A DNA stretch of 64,000 bases from Shigella phage ESh28: the sequence record ON528738. One strand, written 5' to 3'. Positions 25,889 to 36,113 of the stretch are shown here, piece by piece. Every line of letters begins with the position of its first letter. Position 1 is the stretch's first letter. A model generated the notes under the pieces. The model did no database searches and had not been told where the DNA came from. It was given only the letters and a program-made list of their open reading frames with translations. Both the position numbers and the translations under genes were made by a program.

Positions 25889-26904
25889 AAATTTTAAATT
25901 TAGGTGATTGGCATTTAGGCGTTAAAGCTGATGATGAGTGGATTCGCGGTATTCAAATTGATGGAATTAAGCAAGCGATAGAATATTCTAAGAAAAATGG
26001 AATTACGGTATGGATTCAATACGGTGATATTTTTGATGTGCGAAAAGCGATCACGCATAAAACTATGGAGTTTGCCCGTGAAATAGTTCAAATGCTTGAT
26101 GGTGCTGGAATCAAATTACATACTATTGTAGGAAATCACGATCTCCACTACAAAAATGTAATGCATCCAAATGCCTCTACTGAGCTTTTGGCTAAATATC
26201 CTAATGTTAAAGTATATGATAAGCCTACTACAGTAGATTTTGACGGATGTTTAATTGATTTAATTCCTTGGATGTGTGAAGAAAATACTGGTGAAATTCT
26301 TGAACACATCAAAACTTCATCTGCTTCTTTTTGTGTTGGTCACTGGGAGCTGAATGGATTTTATTTTTATAAAGGAATGAAATCTCACGGTCTTGAACCT
26401 GATTTCCTTAAGACTTATAAAGAAGTGTGGTCTGGTCACTTCCATACTATCTCTGAGGCTGCTAACGTCAGATATATTGGGACACCATGGACACTAACTG
26501 CAGGTGACGAGAATGACCCTCGTGGGTTCTGGATGTTTGATACAGAAACAGAACGAATGGAATTTATTCCAAACAATACTACCTGGCATCGTAGAATTCA
26601 TTATCCATTTAAAGGAAAAATTGACTATAAAGATTTTACAAATCTATCAGTACGTGTTATAGTAACTGAGGTAGACAAAAATCTGACGAAGTTCGAATCT
26701 GAACTAGAAAAAGTTGTGCATTCATTACGAGTTGTGTCAAAAATTGATAACTCTGTCGAGTCAGATGAAAGTGAAGAAGTTGAAGTTCAATCTCTTCAGA
26801 CGTTGATGGAAGAATACATTAATGCAATTCCAGACATCACTGATTCTGACCGCGAAGCACTTATTCAATATGCAAATCAGTTATATGTAGAGGCAACACA
26901 ATGA
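25885..26904 (+). CDS. 47: recombination nuclease subunit gp47 (Mre11-like)
   Basis: 339 aa; phosphoesterase motifs GDWHLG, GDIFD, GNHD, GHWE. Confidence 0.9.
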   Translation: MKILNLGDWHLGVKADDEWIRGIQIDGIKQAIEYSKKNGITVWIQYGDIFDVRKAITHKTMEFAREIVQMLDGAGIKLHTIVGNHDLHYKNVMHPNASTELLAKYPNVKVYDKPTTVDFDGCLIDLIPWMCEENTGEILEHIKTSSASFCVGHWELNGFYFYKGMKSHGLEPDFLKTYKEVWSGHFHTISEAANVRYIGTPWTLTAGDENDPRGFWMFDTETERMEFIPNNTTWHRRIHYPFKGKIDYKDFTNLSVRVIVTEVDKNLTKFESELEKVVHSLRVVSKIDNSVESDESEEVEVQSLQTLMEEYINAIPDITDSDREALIQYANQLYVEATQ

Positions 26905-27164
26905 CTTTTGATGAATTTAAAAATGTTATGATGAGTCAGCATTTTGAATGCGAAGTAAAAGATGATATTGGGCATAAAGAAATTATTGAATATTGGTTTG
27001 AACCGCTAGAGGTTGAAGATAATTGTATTAAAAAGGTTACAGTCTGCACTGACTGGGCTGTATCTTTTAACTTCAACATTTTAGATAATGACACACCTAA
27101 ATCATTACGAGATATGGCTGTATCTTGTATTAAGGATGCATACTGTGAAGTTTTCGACATTTGA
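26901..27164 (+). CDS. hypothetical protein, 87 aa
   Basis: Track ORF; ATGA overlap with gene 47. Confidence 0.5.
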   Translation: MTFDEFKNVMMSQHFECEVKDDIGHKEIIEYWFEPLEVEDNCIKKVTVCTDWAVSFNFNILDNDTPKSLRDMAVSCIKDAYCEVFDI

Positions 27165-27351
27165 CATTAATGATGAATTCATAGCAAATATTGATTATAC
27201 TGAAGAAGATTCCAGATATGTTGGAATAATTTATATTACATCAAAAACAGCACAAGGTGTTGTTTGCATGGCTGAATTTGATGAATACTTTCTAGATTAT
27301 GATGATATGATAGAATGGTCTAAAAGATACATTAAAAGGAATCTTTTGTGA
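27136..27351 (+). CDS. hypothetical protein, 71 aa
   Basis: Track ORF 27088..27351 trimmed to ATG after ttaagga RBS. Confidence 0.4.
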   Translation: MHTVKFSTFDINDEFIANIDYTEEDSRYVGIIYITSKTAQGVVCMAEFDEYFLDYDDMIEWSKRYIKRNLL

Positions 27352-29030
27352 AAAATTTTAAACTAAACCGAGTTAGGTATCAAAATATAATGTCAGTAGG
27401 TGGAAATCCTATTGACATTCAATTAGATAAGGTTCAAAAAACTCTTATTACTGGACGAAATGGCGGTGGTAAGTCTACTATGTTAGAAGCCATCACATTT
27501 GGGCTTTTTGGCAAGCCATTTCGTGATGTAAAGAAAGGTCAATTAATAAACAGCACAAATAAGAAAGAACTTTTAGTTGAACTGTGGATGGAATATGATG
27601 AGAAAAAGTACTACATCAAAAGAGGACAAAAACCAAACGTTTTCGAAATCACCGTTAACGGTACACGTCTTAATGAATCTGCCAGCAGTAAAGATTTCCA
27701 AGCAGAATTTGAACAGCTTATCGGAATGTCATATGCCAGTTTCAAGCAGATTGTTGTCCTTGGTACAGCAGGGTATACCCCTTTCATGGGTTTGTCGACC
27801 CCTGCACGAAGAAAGCTTGTGGAAGACCTGCTTGAGGTAGGAACATTAGCTGAAATGGATAAGCTTAATAAAGCACTAATACGTGAATTAAATTCACAAA
27901 ACCAAGTGCTTGATGTTAAAAAAGATAGTATTATCCAACAAATTAAAATATATAATGATAACGTTGAACGCCAGAAAAAATTAACGGGTGACAATCTTAC
28001 TCGTCTGCAAAATATGTATGATGATTTGGCAAAAGAAGCTAGAACGCTAAAATCGGAAATAGAAGAAGCTAATGAAAGATTAGTTAATATTGTTTTAGAC
28101 GAAGACCCGACTGATGCATTTAATAAAATCGGTCAAGAAGCAGTTTTAATTAAATCAAAAATTGACTCGTACAATAAAGTCATTAATATGTATCACGAAG
28201 GTGGATTATGTCCAACCTGTTTGTCACAATTAAGTTCCGGTGATAAAGTTGTTTCTAAAATTAAAGATAAAGTTTCTGAATGTACGCATTCGTTTGAACA
28301 GCTTTCAACACACCGTGATAATTTAAAAGTTCTTGTTGATGAATACCGAGATAATATTAAAACTCAGCAGTCGTTGGCAAATGATATTCGCAATAAAAAG
28401 CAATCTCTAATCACGACGGTAGATAAAGCTAAAAAAGTTAAAGCAGCTATAGAAAAAGCATCTTCTGAGTTTATTGACCATGCTGATGAAATAGCACTGC
28501 TTCAAGAAGAACTTGATAAAATTGTTAAGACAAAAACTAATTTAGTAATGGAAAAATACCACCGAGGAATTTTGACTGATATGCTCAAAGATTCTGGTAT
28601 TAAAGGTGCTATTATTAAAAAGTACATTCCATTATTCAATAAGCAGATTAACCATTATCTTAAAATAATGGAAGCGGATTATGTGTTTACATTAGATGAA
28701 GAATTTAATGAGACAATTAAATCCCGTGGTCGTGAAGATTTTAGTTATGCTTCATTTAGTGAAGGTGAAAAGGCACGAATCGATATTGCTCTTTTATTTA
28801 CTTGGCGTGATATTGCTTCTATCGTATCTGGTGTTAGTATTAGTACATTAATACTCGATGAAGTGTTTGATGGGTCATTTGATGCCGAAGGTATTAAAGG
28901 TGTAGCTAATATTATAAATTCAATGAAAAACACTAATGTCTTTATAATTTCGCATAAAGACCATGACCCGCAAGAATATGGTCAGCATCTTCAAATGAAG
29001 AAAGTTGGTCGATTTACTGCAATGGTTTAA
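27348..29030 (+). CDS. 46: recombination ATPase gp46 (Rad50/SbcC-like)
   Basis: 560 aa, GTG start; Walker A GRNGGGKST, long coiled coil with CPTC zinc hook, signature SEGE and Walker B LILDEVFD. Confidence 0.9.
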   Translation: MKNFKLNRVRYQNIMSVGGNPIDIQLDKVQKTLITGRNGGGKSTMLEAITFGLFGKPFRDVKKGQLINSTNKKELLVELWMEYDEKKYYIKRGQKPNVFEITVNGTRLNESASSKDFQAEFEQLIGMSYASFKQIVVLGTAGYTPFMGLSTPARRKLVEDLLEVGTLAEMDKLNKALIRELNSQNQVLDVKKDSIIQQIKIYNDNVERQKKLTGDNLTRLQNMYDDLAKEARTLKSEIEEANERLVNIVLDEDPTDAFNKIGQEAVLIKSKIDSYNKVINMYHEGGLCPTCLSQLSSGDKVVSKIKDKVSECTHSFEQLSTHRDNLKVLVDEYRDNIKTQQSLANDIRNKKQSLITTVDKAKKVKAAIEKASSEFIDHADEIALLQEELDKIVKTKTNLVMEKYHRGILTDMLKDSGIKGAIIKKYIPLFNKQINHYLKIMEADYVFTLDEEFNETIKSRGREDFSYASFSEGEKARIDIALLFTWRDIASIVSGVSISTLILDEVFDGSFDAEGIKGVANIINSMKNTNVFIISHKDHDPQEYGQHLQMKKVGRFTAMV

Positions 29031-29044
29031 TTTATAAGAGATTA

Positions 29045-29068
29045 TGCTTTAATTTATTAGAGTATAAT
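29045..29068 (+). promoter_or_regulatory. possible middle promoter (MotA box plus -10)
   Basis: tgcttta at 29045-29051, tataat at 29063-29068 inside short inverted repeat tagag/ctcta. Confidence 0.35.
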
Positions 29069-29085
29069 CTCTATGGAGGAAAAAC

Positions 29086-29274
29086 ATGGAATATTCAACC
29101 GGACAGCATCTATTAACTATTCCTGAAATAAAACGATATATTCTGAGAAATAATTTTTCTAATGAAGAGCATATAGTTACTGAATCTATGCTTAGGAATG
29201 CATTTAAAGCAGAATATACAAAAATAATGTCCAATAGAAATGAAGCTTGGACTGTTACTGATTATTATGACTAA
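29086..29274 (+). CDS. hypothetical protein, 62 aa (T4 45.2 position)
   Basis: Track ORF with ggagg RBS. Confidence 0.5.
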   Translation: MEYSTGQHLLTIPEIKRYILRNNFSNEEHIVTESMLRNAFKAEYTKIMSNRNEAWTVTDYYD

Positions 29275-29283
29275 AGGTGTATT

Positions 29284-29673
29284 ATGACTAAAATTACTGT
29301 GAATTATACTGTTGATGTAAAAGATATTCAGCCAAAACACGTGCGTTCTGACTCAAATCCGCAAAACCAAAATAAAATTCGTCGAGCATGGGTTTTGTCT
29401 CTTTCTGATAACGCAATGGAAGTTATTCAGAACAAAATTAAATCTGCACCTGCTCGTCATGCGTATTATGAAGCTATCGATCGTGAAGTAAGTAATAAAT
29501 GGATTGAATTAATGCGCAAACATACTGCAGAATCTCTAAACGCCGGTGCTAAATTTATTATGACTTCATGTGGTGAACGCCTTGAAGATGAATATTGCGG
29601 TAATGCAGATGAACGCCTAATTGTTGCTGCTCAAATTGTTGCTGAAACAATTGCGGCTGATTTTAATCGTTAA
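29284..29673 (+). CDS. rpbA: probable RNA polymerase-binding protein RpbA, 129 aa
   Basis: Length and position immediately upstream of gene 45 match T4 rpbA; identity unverified. Confidence 0.45.
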   Translation: MTKITVNYTVDVKDIQPKHVRSDSNPQNQNKIRRAWVLSLSDNAMEVIQNKIKSAPARHAYYEAIDREVSNKWIELMRKHTAESLNAGAKFIMTSCGERLEDEYCGNADERLIVAAQIVAETIAADFNR

Positions 29674-29674
29674 T

Positions 29675-29697
29675 TGCTTTATTAAATTAGTTATAAA
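29675..29697 (+). promoter_or_regulatory. possible middle promoter upstream of gene 45
   Basis: MotA-box-like tgcttta at 29675-29681, A/T-rich -10 tataaa at 29692-29697. Confidence 0.35.
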
Positions 29698-29728
29698 ATT
29701 AAATCTCATTTGAATTGAAGGAAATTAC

Positions 29729-30415
29729 ATGAAACTGTCTAAAGATACTACTGCTCTGCTTAAAAATTTCGCTACTATTAACTCCGGTATTATGCTTAAA
29801 TCCGGTCAATTTATTATGACTCGCGCAGTTAATGGTACAACTTATGCGGAAGCAAATATTTCTGACGTTATTGATTTTGATGTAGCAATTTACGATTTAA
29901 ACGGTTTTCTCGGTATTCTGTCTCTAGTTAATGATGACGCAGAAATTTCCCAGTCAGAAGATGGAAATATTAAAATTGCTGATGCTCGCTCAACAATTTT
30001 TTGGCCAGCAGCCGATCCGAGTACAGTAGTTGCTCCTAATAAACCGATTCCATTCCCGGTAGCATCTGTTGTTACTGAAATTAAAGCTGAAGACCTTCAA
30101 CAACTGTTGCGTGTATCTCGTGGTCTACAAATTGATACAATTGCTATCACGGTAAAAGAAGGTAAAATCGTAATTAACGGTTTTAATAAAGTAGAAGATT
30201 CTGCTTTGACTCGTGTTAAATATTCTTTGACTCTTGGTGATTATGATGGTGAAAATACATTTAATTTCATTATCAATATGGCAAATATGAAAATGCAACC
30301 AGGAAATTATAAACTTCTGCTCTGGGCAAAAGGTAAACAAGGTGCTGCTAAATTTGAAGGTGAACACGCGAATTATGTAGTAGCTCTTGAAGCTGATTCT
30401 ACCCACGATTTTTAA
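29729..30415 (+). CDS. 45: sliding clamp gp45
   Basis: 228 aa, MKLSKDTTALLKNFATINSGIMLKSGQFIMTRAV; matches T4 gp45. Confidence 0.9.
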   Translation: MKLSKDTTALLKNFATINSGIMLKSGQFIMTRAVNGTTYAEANISDVIDFDVAIYDLNGFLGILSLVNDDAEISQSEDGNIKIADARSTIFWPAADPSTVVAPNKPIPFPVASVVTEIKAEDLQQLLRVSRGLQIDTIAITVKEGKIVINGFNKVEDSALTRVKYSLTLGDYDGENTFNFIINMANMKMQPGNYKLLLWAKGKQGAAKFEGEHANYVVALEADSTHDF

Positions 30416-30416
30416 T

Positions 30417-30440
30417 AGAGGGCTTCGGCCCTTTATAATT
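30417..30440 (+). terminator. terminator-like UUCG hairpin
   Basis: agggc-ttcg-gccct followed by ttataatt. Confidence 0.55.
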
Positions 30441-30466
30441 TACACTAAAATTTGAATGAGGAAATT

Positions 30467-31426
30467 ATGATTACCGTAAATGAAAAAGAACACATTCTTG
30501 AACAGAAATATCGTCCATCTACTATCGATGAATGTATTCTTCCCGCCTTTGATAAAGAAACCTTTAAATCTATTACAAGTAAAGGTAAGATTCCACATAT
30601 TATTCTTCATTCTCCTTCTCCAGGAACAGGTAAAACAACTGTAGCAAAAGCATTGTGTCATGATGTAAATGCTGATATGATGTTTGTGAATGGATCAGAT
30701 TGTAAAATTGATTTCGTTCGTGGTCCTTTGACTAATTTTGCCAGCGCCGCTTCATTTGATGGTCGTCAAAAAGTAATCGTTATTGATGAATTTGACCGCT
30801 CAGGATTAGCAGAATCTCAGCGACATCTTCGTTCCTTTATGGAAGCTTATAGTTCGAACTGTAGTATTATTATTACTGCTAACAATATTGATGGTATTAT
30901 TAAACCACTTCAGTCACGCTGCCGAGTTATTACGTTCGGTCAACCGACCGATGAAGATAAAATTGAAATGATGAAGCAGATGATTCGTCGATTGACTGAA
31001 ATCTGTAAACATGAAGGTATTGCTATAGCTGATATGAAAGTTGTAGCAGCTTTGGTTAAAAAGAATTTTCCTGATTTTCGTAAAACTATTGGCGAGCTCG
31101 ATAGTTATTCATCTAAAGGTGTTTTGGATGCTGGTATTTTATCACTGGTTACTAACGATCGTGGTGCTATTGATGATGTTCTTGAGTCTCTCAAAAATAA
31201 AGATGTTAAACAACTCAGAGCTTTAGCACCAAAATATGCAGCTGATTATTCGTGGTTCGTGGGTAAACTTGCCGAAGAAATCTATACACGTGTAACACCA
31301 CAGAGTATTATTCGTATGTACGAAATTGTCGGCGAAAATAATCAGTATCATGGAATTGCGGCTAATACTGAATTGCATCTAGCTTATCTTTTCATTCAGT
31401 TAGCATGTGAAATGCAGTGGAAGTGA
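30467..31426 (+). CDS. 44: clamp loader large subunit gp44
   Basis: Track ORF 30452..31426 trimmed to ATG after gaggaaatt; 319 aa; Walker A GTGKTT, Walker B DEFD. Confidence 0.9.
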   Translation: MITVNEKEHILEQKYRPSTIDECILPAFDKETFKSITSKGKIPHIILHSPSPGTGKTTVAKALCHDVNADMMFVNGSDCKIDFVRGPLTNFASAASFDGRQKVIVIDEFDRSGLAESQRHLRSFMEAYSSNCSIIITANNIDGIIKPLQSRCRVITFGQPTDEDKIEMMKQMIRRLTEICKHEGIAIADMKVVAALVKKNFPDFRKTIGELDSYSSKGVLDAGILSLVTNDRGAIDDVLESLKNKDVKQLRALAPKYAADYSWFVGKLAEEIYTRVTPQSIIRMYEIVGENNQYHGIAANTELHLAYLFIQLACEMQWK

Positions 31427-31427
31427 T

Positions 31428-31991
31428 ATGAGCTTATTTGAAGATGATATTCAATTAAACGAGCATCAAGTTGCTTGGTATTCAAAAGATTGGACAGCTG
31501 TCCAATCCGCTGCTGATTCTTTTAAAGAAAAAGCTGAAAATGAGTTTTTTGAAATAATTGGAGCTATTAATAATAAAACTAAATGCTCTATTGCTCAAAA
31601 AGATTATTCAAAATTCATGGTTGAAAATGCATTATCACAATTTCCGGAGTGCATGCCAGCTGTATATGCTATGAATTTAATTGGATCAGGTTTAAGCGAT
31701 GAAGCCCATTTTAATTATCTGATGGCTGCAGTTCCTCGTGGTAAAAGATATGGTAAATGGGCAAAACTAGTTGAAGATTCCACCGAAGTATTGATTATTA
31801 AGTTACTTGCTAAGCGGTATCAAGTTAATACAAATGATGCAATTAACTATAAATCAATTCTTACTAAAAATGGAAAACTACCTTTAGTATTAAAAGAACT
31901 AAAAGGTTTAGTCACGGATGATTTTTTGAAAGAAGTGACTAAGAACGTAAAAGAACAGAAACAACTCAAAAAACTAGCATTGGAATGGTAA
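31428..31991 (+). CDS. 62: clamp loader small subunit gp62
   Basis: Track ORF 31407..31991 trimmed to ATG; 187 aa; position between 44 and regA. Confidence 0.85.
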   Translation: MSLFEDDIQLNEHQVAWYSKDWTAVQSAADSFKEKAENEFFEIIGAINNKTKCSIAQKDYSKFMVENALSQFPECMPAVYAMNLIGSGLSDEAHFNYLMAAVPRGKRYGKWAKLVEDSTEVLIIKLLAKRYQVNTNDAINYKSILTKNGKLPLVLKELKGLVTDDFLKEVTKNVKEQKQLKKLALEW

Positions 31992-31992
31992 A

Positions 31993-32361
31993 ATGATTGA
32001 AATTACTCTTAAAAAACCTGAAGATTTTCTGAAAGTAAAAGAAACTTTGACTCGTATGGGAATTGCTAATAATAAAGATAAAGTTCTGTATCAGTCCTGT
32101 CATATTCTTCAGAAAAAAGGACTATACTATATCGTTCATTTTAAAGAAATGCTTCGTATGGATGGACGTCAAGTTGAAATGACAGAAGAAGATGAAGTTC
32201 GTCGTGATTCGATTGCATGGCTGTTAGAAGATTGGGGACTGATTGAAATCGTCCCTGGTCAAAGAACTTTTATGAAAGATTTAACTAATAACTTCCGAGT
32301 TATTTCTTTTAAACAAAAACATGAATGGAAACTCGTTCCTAAATATACGATTGGTAATTAA
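31993..32361 (+). CDS. regA: translational repressor RegA
   Basis: 122 aa; position between 62 and 43, length matches T4 RegA. Confidence 0.85.
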   Translation: MIEITLKKPEDFLKVKETLTRMGIANNKDKVLYQSCHILQKKGLYYIVHFKEMLRMDGRQVEMTEEDEVRRDSIAWLLEDWGLIEIVPGQRTFMKDLTNNFRVISFKQKHEWKLVPKYTIGN

Positions 32362-32363
32362 GC

Positions 32364-32386
32364 AAGGGGCTTCGGCCCCTTATTTG
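32364..32386 (+). terminator. rho-independent terminator
   Basis: aggggc-ttcg-gcccct followed by tattt. Confidence 0.7.
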
Positions 32387-32402
32387 GAGTATAATATATC
32401 AA

Positions 32403-32440
32403 GAGCCTAATAACTCGGGCTATAAACTAAGGAATATCTA
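32403..32440 (+). promoter_or_regulatory. gene 43 translational operator (autoregulatory RNA hairpin overlapping the RBS)
   Basis: agccu-AAUAACUC-gggcu hairpin (5-bp stem, 8-nt loop) followed by aaggaa SD and ATG at 32440; loop matches the T4 gp43 operator as recalled. Confidence 0.6.
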
Positions 32441-35136
32441 TGAAAGAATTTTATATCTCTATCGAAACAGTCGGAAATAATATTGTTGAACGTTATATTG
32501 ACGAAAATGGAAAGGAACGTACTCGCGAAGTAGAATATCTTCCGACTATGTTTAGACATTGTAAGGAAGAATCAAAATACAAAGACATTTACGGTAAAAA
32601 CTGCGCTCCTCAAAAATTTCCATCAATGAAAGATGCACGAGATTGGATGAAACGAATGGAAGACATCGGTCTCGAAGCTCTCGGTATGAACGATTTTAAA
32701 CTCGCTTATATCAGTGATACATACGGTTCAGAAATTGTTTATGACCGAAAATTTGTTCGTGTAGCTAACTGTGACATTGAGGTTACTGGTGATAAATTTC
32801 CTGACCCAATGAAAGCTGAATATGAAATTGATGCTATCACTCATTACGATTCAATTGATGATCGTTTTTATGTTTTCGACCTTTTGAATTCAATGTATGG
32901 TTCAGTATCAAAATGGGATGCAAAGTTAGCTGCTAAGCTTGACTGTGAAGGTGGTGATGAAGTTCCTCAAGAAATTCTTGACCGAGTAATTTATATGCCA
33001 TTCGATAATGAGCGTGATATGCTCATGGAATATATTAATCTTTGGGAACAGAAACGACCTGCTATTTTTACTGGTTGGAATATTGAGGGATTTGACGTTC
33101 CGTATATCATGAATCGTGTTAAAATGGTTCTCGGTGAACGTAGTATGAAACGCTTCTCTCCAATCGGTCGAGTAAAATCTAAACTTATCCAAAATATGTA
33201 CGGTAGCAAAGAAATTTATTCTATTGATGGCGTATCTATTCTTGATTATTTAGATTTGTATAAGAAATTCGCATTTACTAATTTGCCGTCATTCTCTTTG
33301 GAATCAGTTGCTCAGCATGAAACCAAAAAAGGTAAATTACCATACGACGGTCCTATTAATAAACTTCGTGAGACTAATCATCAACGATACATTAGTTATA
33401 ACATCATTGACGTAGAATCAGTTCAAGCAATTGATAAAATTCGCGGGTTTATCGATCTAGTTTTAAGTATGTCTTATTACGCTAAAATGCCTTTTTCCGG
33501 TGTAATGAGTCCTATTAAAACCTGGGATGCTATTATTTTTAACTCATTGAAAGGTGAACATAAGGTTATTCCTCAACAAGGTTCGCACGTTAAACAAAGT
33601 TTTCCGGGTGCATTTGTATTTGAACCTAAACCAATTGCTCGTCGATATATTATGAGTTTTGACTTGACGTCTCTGTATCCGAGCATTATTCGTCAGGTTA
33701 ACATTAGTCCTGAGACTATTCGTGGTCAGTTTAAAGTTCATCCAATTCATGAATATATCGCAGGAACAGCTCCTAAACCGAGTGATGAATATTCTTGTTC
33801 TCCGAATGGATGGATGTACGATAAGCATCAAGAAGGTATCATTCCAAAGGAAATCGCTAAAGTATTTTTCCAGCGTAAAGATTGGAAAAAGAAAATGTTC
33901 GCTGAAGAAATGAATGCCGAAGCTATTAAAAAGATTATTATGAAAGGCGCAGGGTCTTGTTCAACTAAACCAGAAGTTGAACGATATGTTAAGTTCAGTG
34001 ATGATTTCTTAAATGAACTATCGAATTATACTGAATCTGTTCTCAATAGTTTGATTGAAGAATGTGAAAAAGCAGCTACACTTGCTAACACAAATCAGCT
34101 GAACCGTAAAATTCTTATTAACAGTCTTTACGGTGCTCTTGGTAATATTCATTTCCGTTACTATGATTTGCGAAATGCTACTGCTATCACAATTTTCGGC
34201 CAAGTTGGTATTCAGTGGATTGCTCGTAAAATTAATGAATATCTGAATAAAGTATGCGGAACTAATGGTGAAGATTTCATCGCAGCAGGTGATACTGATT
34301 CGGTATATGTTTGTGTAGATAAAGTTATTGAAAAAGTCGGTCTTGACCGATTCAAAGAGCAGAACGATTTGGTTGAATTTATGAATCAGTTCGGTAAGAA
34401 AAAGATGGAACCTATGATTGATGTTGCATATCGTGAGTTATGCGATTATATGAATAACCGCGAGCATCTGATGCATATGGACCGTGAAGCTATTTCTTGC
34501 CCTCCGCTTGGTTCAAAGGGTGTCGGTGGATTTTGGAAAGCGAAAAAGCGTTATGCTCTGAACGTTTATGATATGGAAGATAAGCGATTTGCTGAACCGC
34601 ATTTAAAAATCATGGGTATGGAAACTCAGCAAAGTTCAACGCCTAAAGCGGTCCAAGAAGCTCTTGAAGAAAGTATCCGTCGTATTCTTCAAGAAGGCGA
34701 AGAGTCTGTCCAAGAATACTACAAGAACTTCGAGAAAGAATATCGTCAACTTGACTATAAAGTTATCGCTGAAGTAAAAACTGCGAACGATATAGCGAAA
34801 TATGACGATAAAGGTTGGCCAGGATTTAAATGCCCGTTCCACATTCGTGGTGTGCTAACTTATCGTCGAGCTGTTAGTGGTCTGGGTGTAGCTCCAATTT
34901 TGGATGGAAATAAAGTAATGGTTCTTCCATTACGTGAAGGAAATCCATTTGGTGACAAGTGCATTGCTTGGCCATCGGGTACAGAACTTCCAAAAGAAAT
35001 TCGTTCTGATGTGCTATCTTGGATTGACCACTCAACTTTGTTCCAAAAATCGTTTGTTAAACCGCTTGCGGGTATGTGTGAATCGGCTGGCATGGACTAT
35101 GAAGAAAAAGCTTCGTTAGACTTCCTGTTTGGCTGA
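32440..35136 (+). CDS. 43: DNA polymerase gp43 (family B)
   Basis: 898 aa; MKEFYISIETVGNNIVERYIDENGKERTREVEYLPTMFRH, exonuclease and polymerase motifs (DIE, YGDTDS); matches T4 gp43. Confidence 0.95.
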   Translation: MKEFYISIETVGNNIVERYIDENGKERTREVEYLPTMFRHCKEESKYKDIYGKNCAPQKFPSMKDARDWMKRMEDIGLEALGMNDFKLAYISDTYGSEIVYDRKFVRVANCDIEVTGDKFPDPMKAEYEIDAITHYDSIDDRFYVFDLLNSMYGSVSKWDAKLAAKLDCEGGDEVPQEILDRVIYMPFDNERDMLMEYINLWEQKRPAIFTGWNIEGFDVPYIMNRVKMVLGERSMKRFSPIGRVKSKLIQNMYGSKEIYSIDGVSILDYLDLYKKFAFTNLPSFSLESVAQHETKKGKLPYDGPINKLRETNHQRYISYNIIDVESVQAIDKIRGFIDLVLSMSYYAKMPFSGVMSPIKTWDAIIFNSLKGEHKVIPQQGSHVKQSFPGAFVFEPKPIARRYIMSFDLTSLYPSIIRQVNISPETIRGQFKVHPIHEYIAGTAPKPSDEYSCSPNGWMYDKHQEGIIPKEIAKVFFQRKDWKKKMFAEEMNAEAIKKIIMKGAGSCSTKPEVERYVKFSDDFLNELSNYTESVLNSLIEECEKAATLANTNQLNRKILINSLYGALGNIHFRYYDLRNATAITIFGQVGIQWIARKINEYLNKVCGTNGEDFIAAGDTDSVYVCVDKVIEKVGLDRFKEQNDLVEFMNQFGKKKMEPMIDVAYRELCDYMNNREHLMHMDREAISCPPLGSKGVGGFWKAKKRYALNVYDMEDKRFAEPHLKIMGMETQQSSTPKAVQEALEESIRRILQEGEESVQEYYKNFEKEYRQLDYKVIAEVKTANDIAKYDDKGWPGFKCPFHIRGVLTYRRAVSGLGVAPILDGNKVMVLPLREGNPFGDKCIAWPSGTELPKEIRSDVLSWIDHSTLFQKSFVKPLAGMCESAGMDYEEKASLDFLFG

Positions 35137-35148
35137 TAGAATAAATCT

Positions 35149-35171
35149 AGGGACCTCCAGGTCCCTTTTTC
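35149..35171 (+). terminator. rho-independent terminator
   Basis: agggacc-tcca-ggtccct followed by ttttt. Confidence 0.7.
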
Positions 35172-35251
35172 ATACAAGTAATATAAATCTATACTTATGA
35201 AAAAGAGATGATTCTGGACCCTTTGGATTCCCTAAAAATTTTTTCACAAAA

Positions 35252-35285
35252 CCGTTTACATCCCTGTTCTTCTATGGTACTATAC
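35252..35285 (+). promoter_or_regulatory. T4-type early promoter
   Basis: gtttac 35254-35259, tggtactat 35275-35283, leader nearly identical to the one at 9100-9146. Confidence 0.6.
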
Positions 35286-35320
35286 AACTATCAACTACTG
35301 ATACGGATTTGGAGAATGAA

Positions 35321-35701
35321 ATGAAAATCGCTATTTTGGTTATTGCATTAGGTCTTACTGGTTGTGTAGCTCAAGGACCGGTAGTAAATCAGTCTGATGT
35401 AGGAAAAATTGTAAACTGTTCAAGCAAGTTTTATAATCCTAATGTCAAGTGTTATAAAGAAGCTCCAAAGCAGACAGTAGAACAAATGCAGGCGAATTTT
35501 GACGAAGCTATTCGTCCAGATGAATCTGCTCAAGCATATCGTAATTCGGATGTAATTACACGCGAAGAAAAAATTGAAAACTACTGTGCAGAACTTTGGG
35601 CAAATTGGGCTAATAATTATCAATGGCGTACAGGTAAAAATGCTCCGATGGAGTATGTAGTGAATTCTTATAATTCATGTGTAAAAAATTTGACTAAGTG
35701 A
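35321..35701 (+). CDS. lipoprotein, 126 aa
   Basis: Track ORF 35309..35701 trimmed to ATG; signal peptide with lipobox LTGC. Confidence 0.55.
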   Translation: MKIAILVIALGLTGCVAQGPVVNQSDVGKIVNCSSKFYNPNVKCYKEAPKQTVEQMQANFDEAIRPDESAQAYRNSDVITREEKIENYCAELWANWANNYQWRTGKNAPMEYVVNSYNSCVKNLTK

Positions 35702-35708
35702 GGAAAAC

Positions 35709-35960
35709 ATGGAAACTTTAGTAGCAGGTTCAATTTTTATGGTTTTAGTTTCAGGTGTGTTGGCTATTATTATATACATGCTTCCATGGTTCATTGCCTT
35801 GATGCGTGGGTCAAAATCGACAGTAGGAATCTTTTTCACATCTTTACTGTTTAACTGGTCAATTATTGGTTGGTTTATTACATTTATTTGGTCAATTGCG
35901 GGTGAAACTAAAAAGTCTGCACAACCAAATCAGGTAATTATCATCAGAGAGAAGGAATGA
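35709..35960 (+). CDS. imm: superinfection immunity membrane protein Imm
   Basis: 83 aa, two hydrophobic helices; length and position between 43 and 42 match T4 imm. Confidence 0.7.
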   Translation: METLVAGSIFMVLVSGVLAIIIYMLPWFIALMRGSKSTVGIFFTSLLFNWSIIGWFITFIWSIAGETKKSAQPNQVIIIREKE

Positions 35961-36106
35961 AAAGCAAAATTATAACAGTGTTGCTTTTAATCTTGATGAT
36001 TATAATAAGTATATACTATAGTGTAACGGTTCCTCCTATGATTCCAACTATTATTTTAGGTTGGGGTTTATTACTGTTACAAGTTAAATATGAATGTATC
36101 AATTGA
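35957..36106 (+). CDS. small membrane peptide, 49 aa
   Basis: ATGA overlap with imm stop; strongly hydrophobic. Confidence 0.35.
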   Translation: MKSKIITVLLLILMIIISIYYSVTVPPMIPTIILGWGLLLLQVKYECIN

Positions 36107-36113
36107 GGTTTAA

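Noticed and set aside
27611-27994. Minus-strand 127-aa ORF inside gene 46
   Set aside because: Fully embedded antisense in a well-supported Rad50-like gene; no RBS or promoter; low-complexity translation
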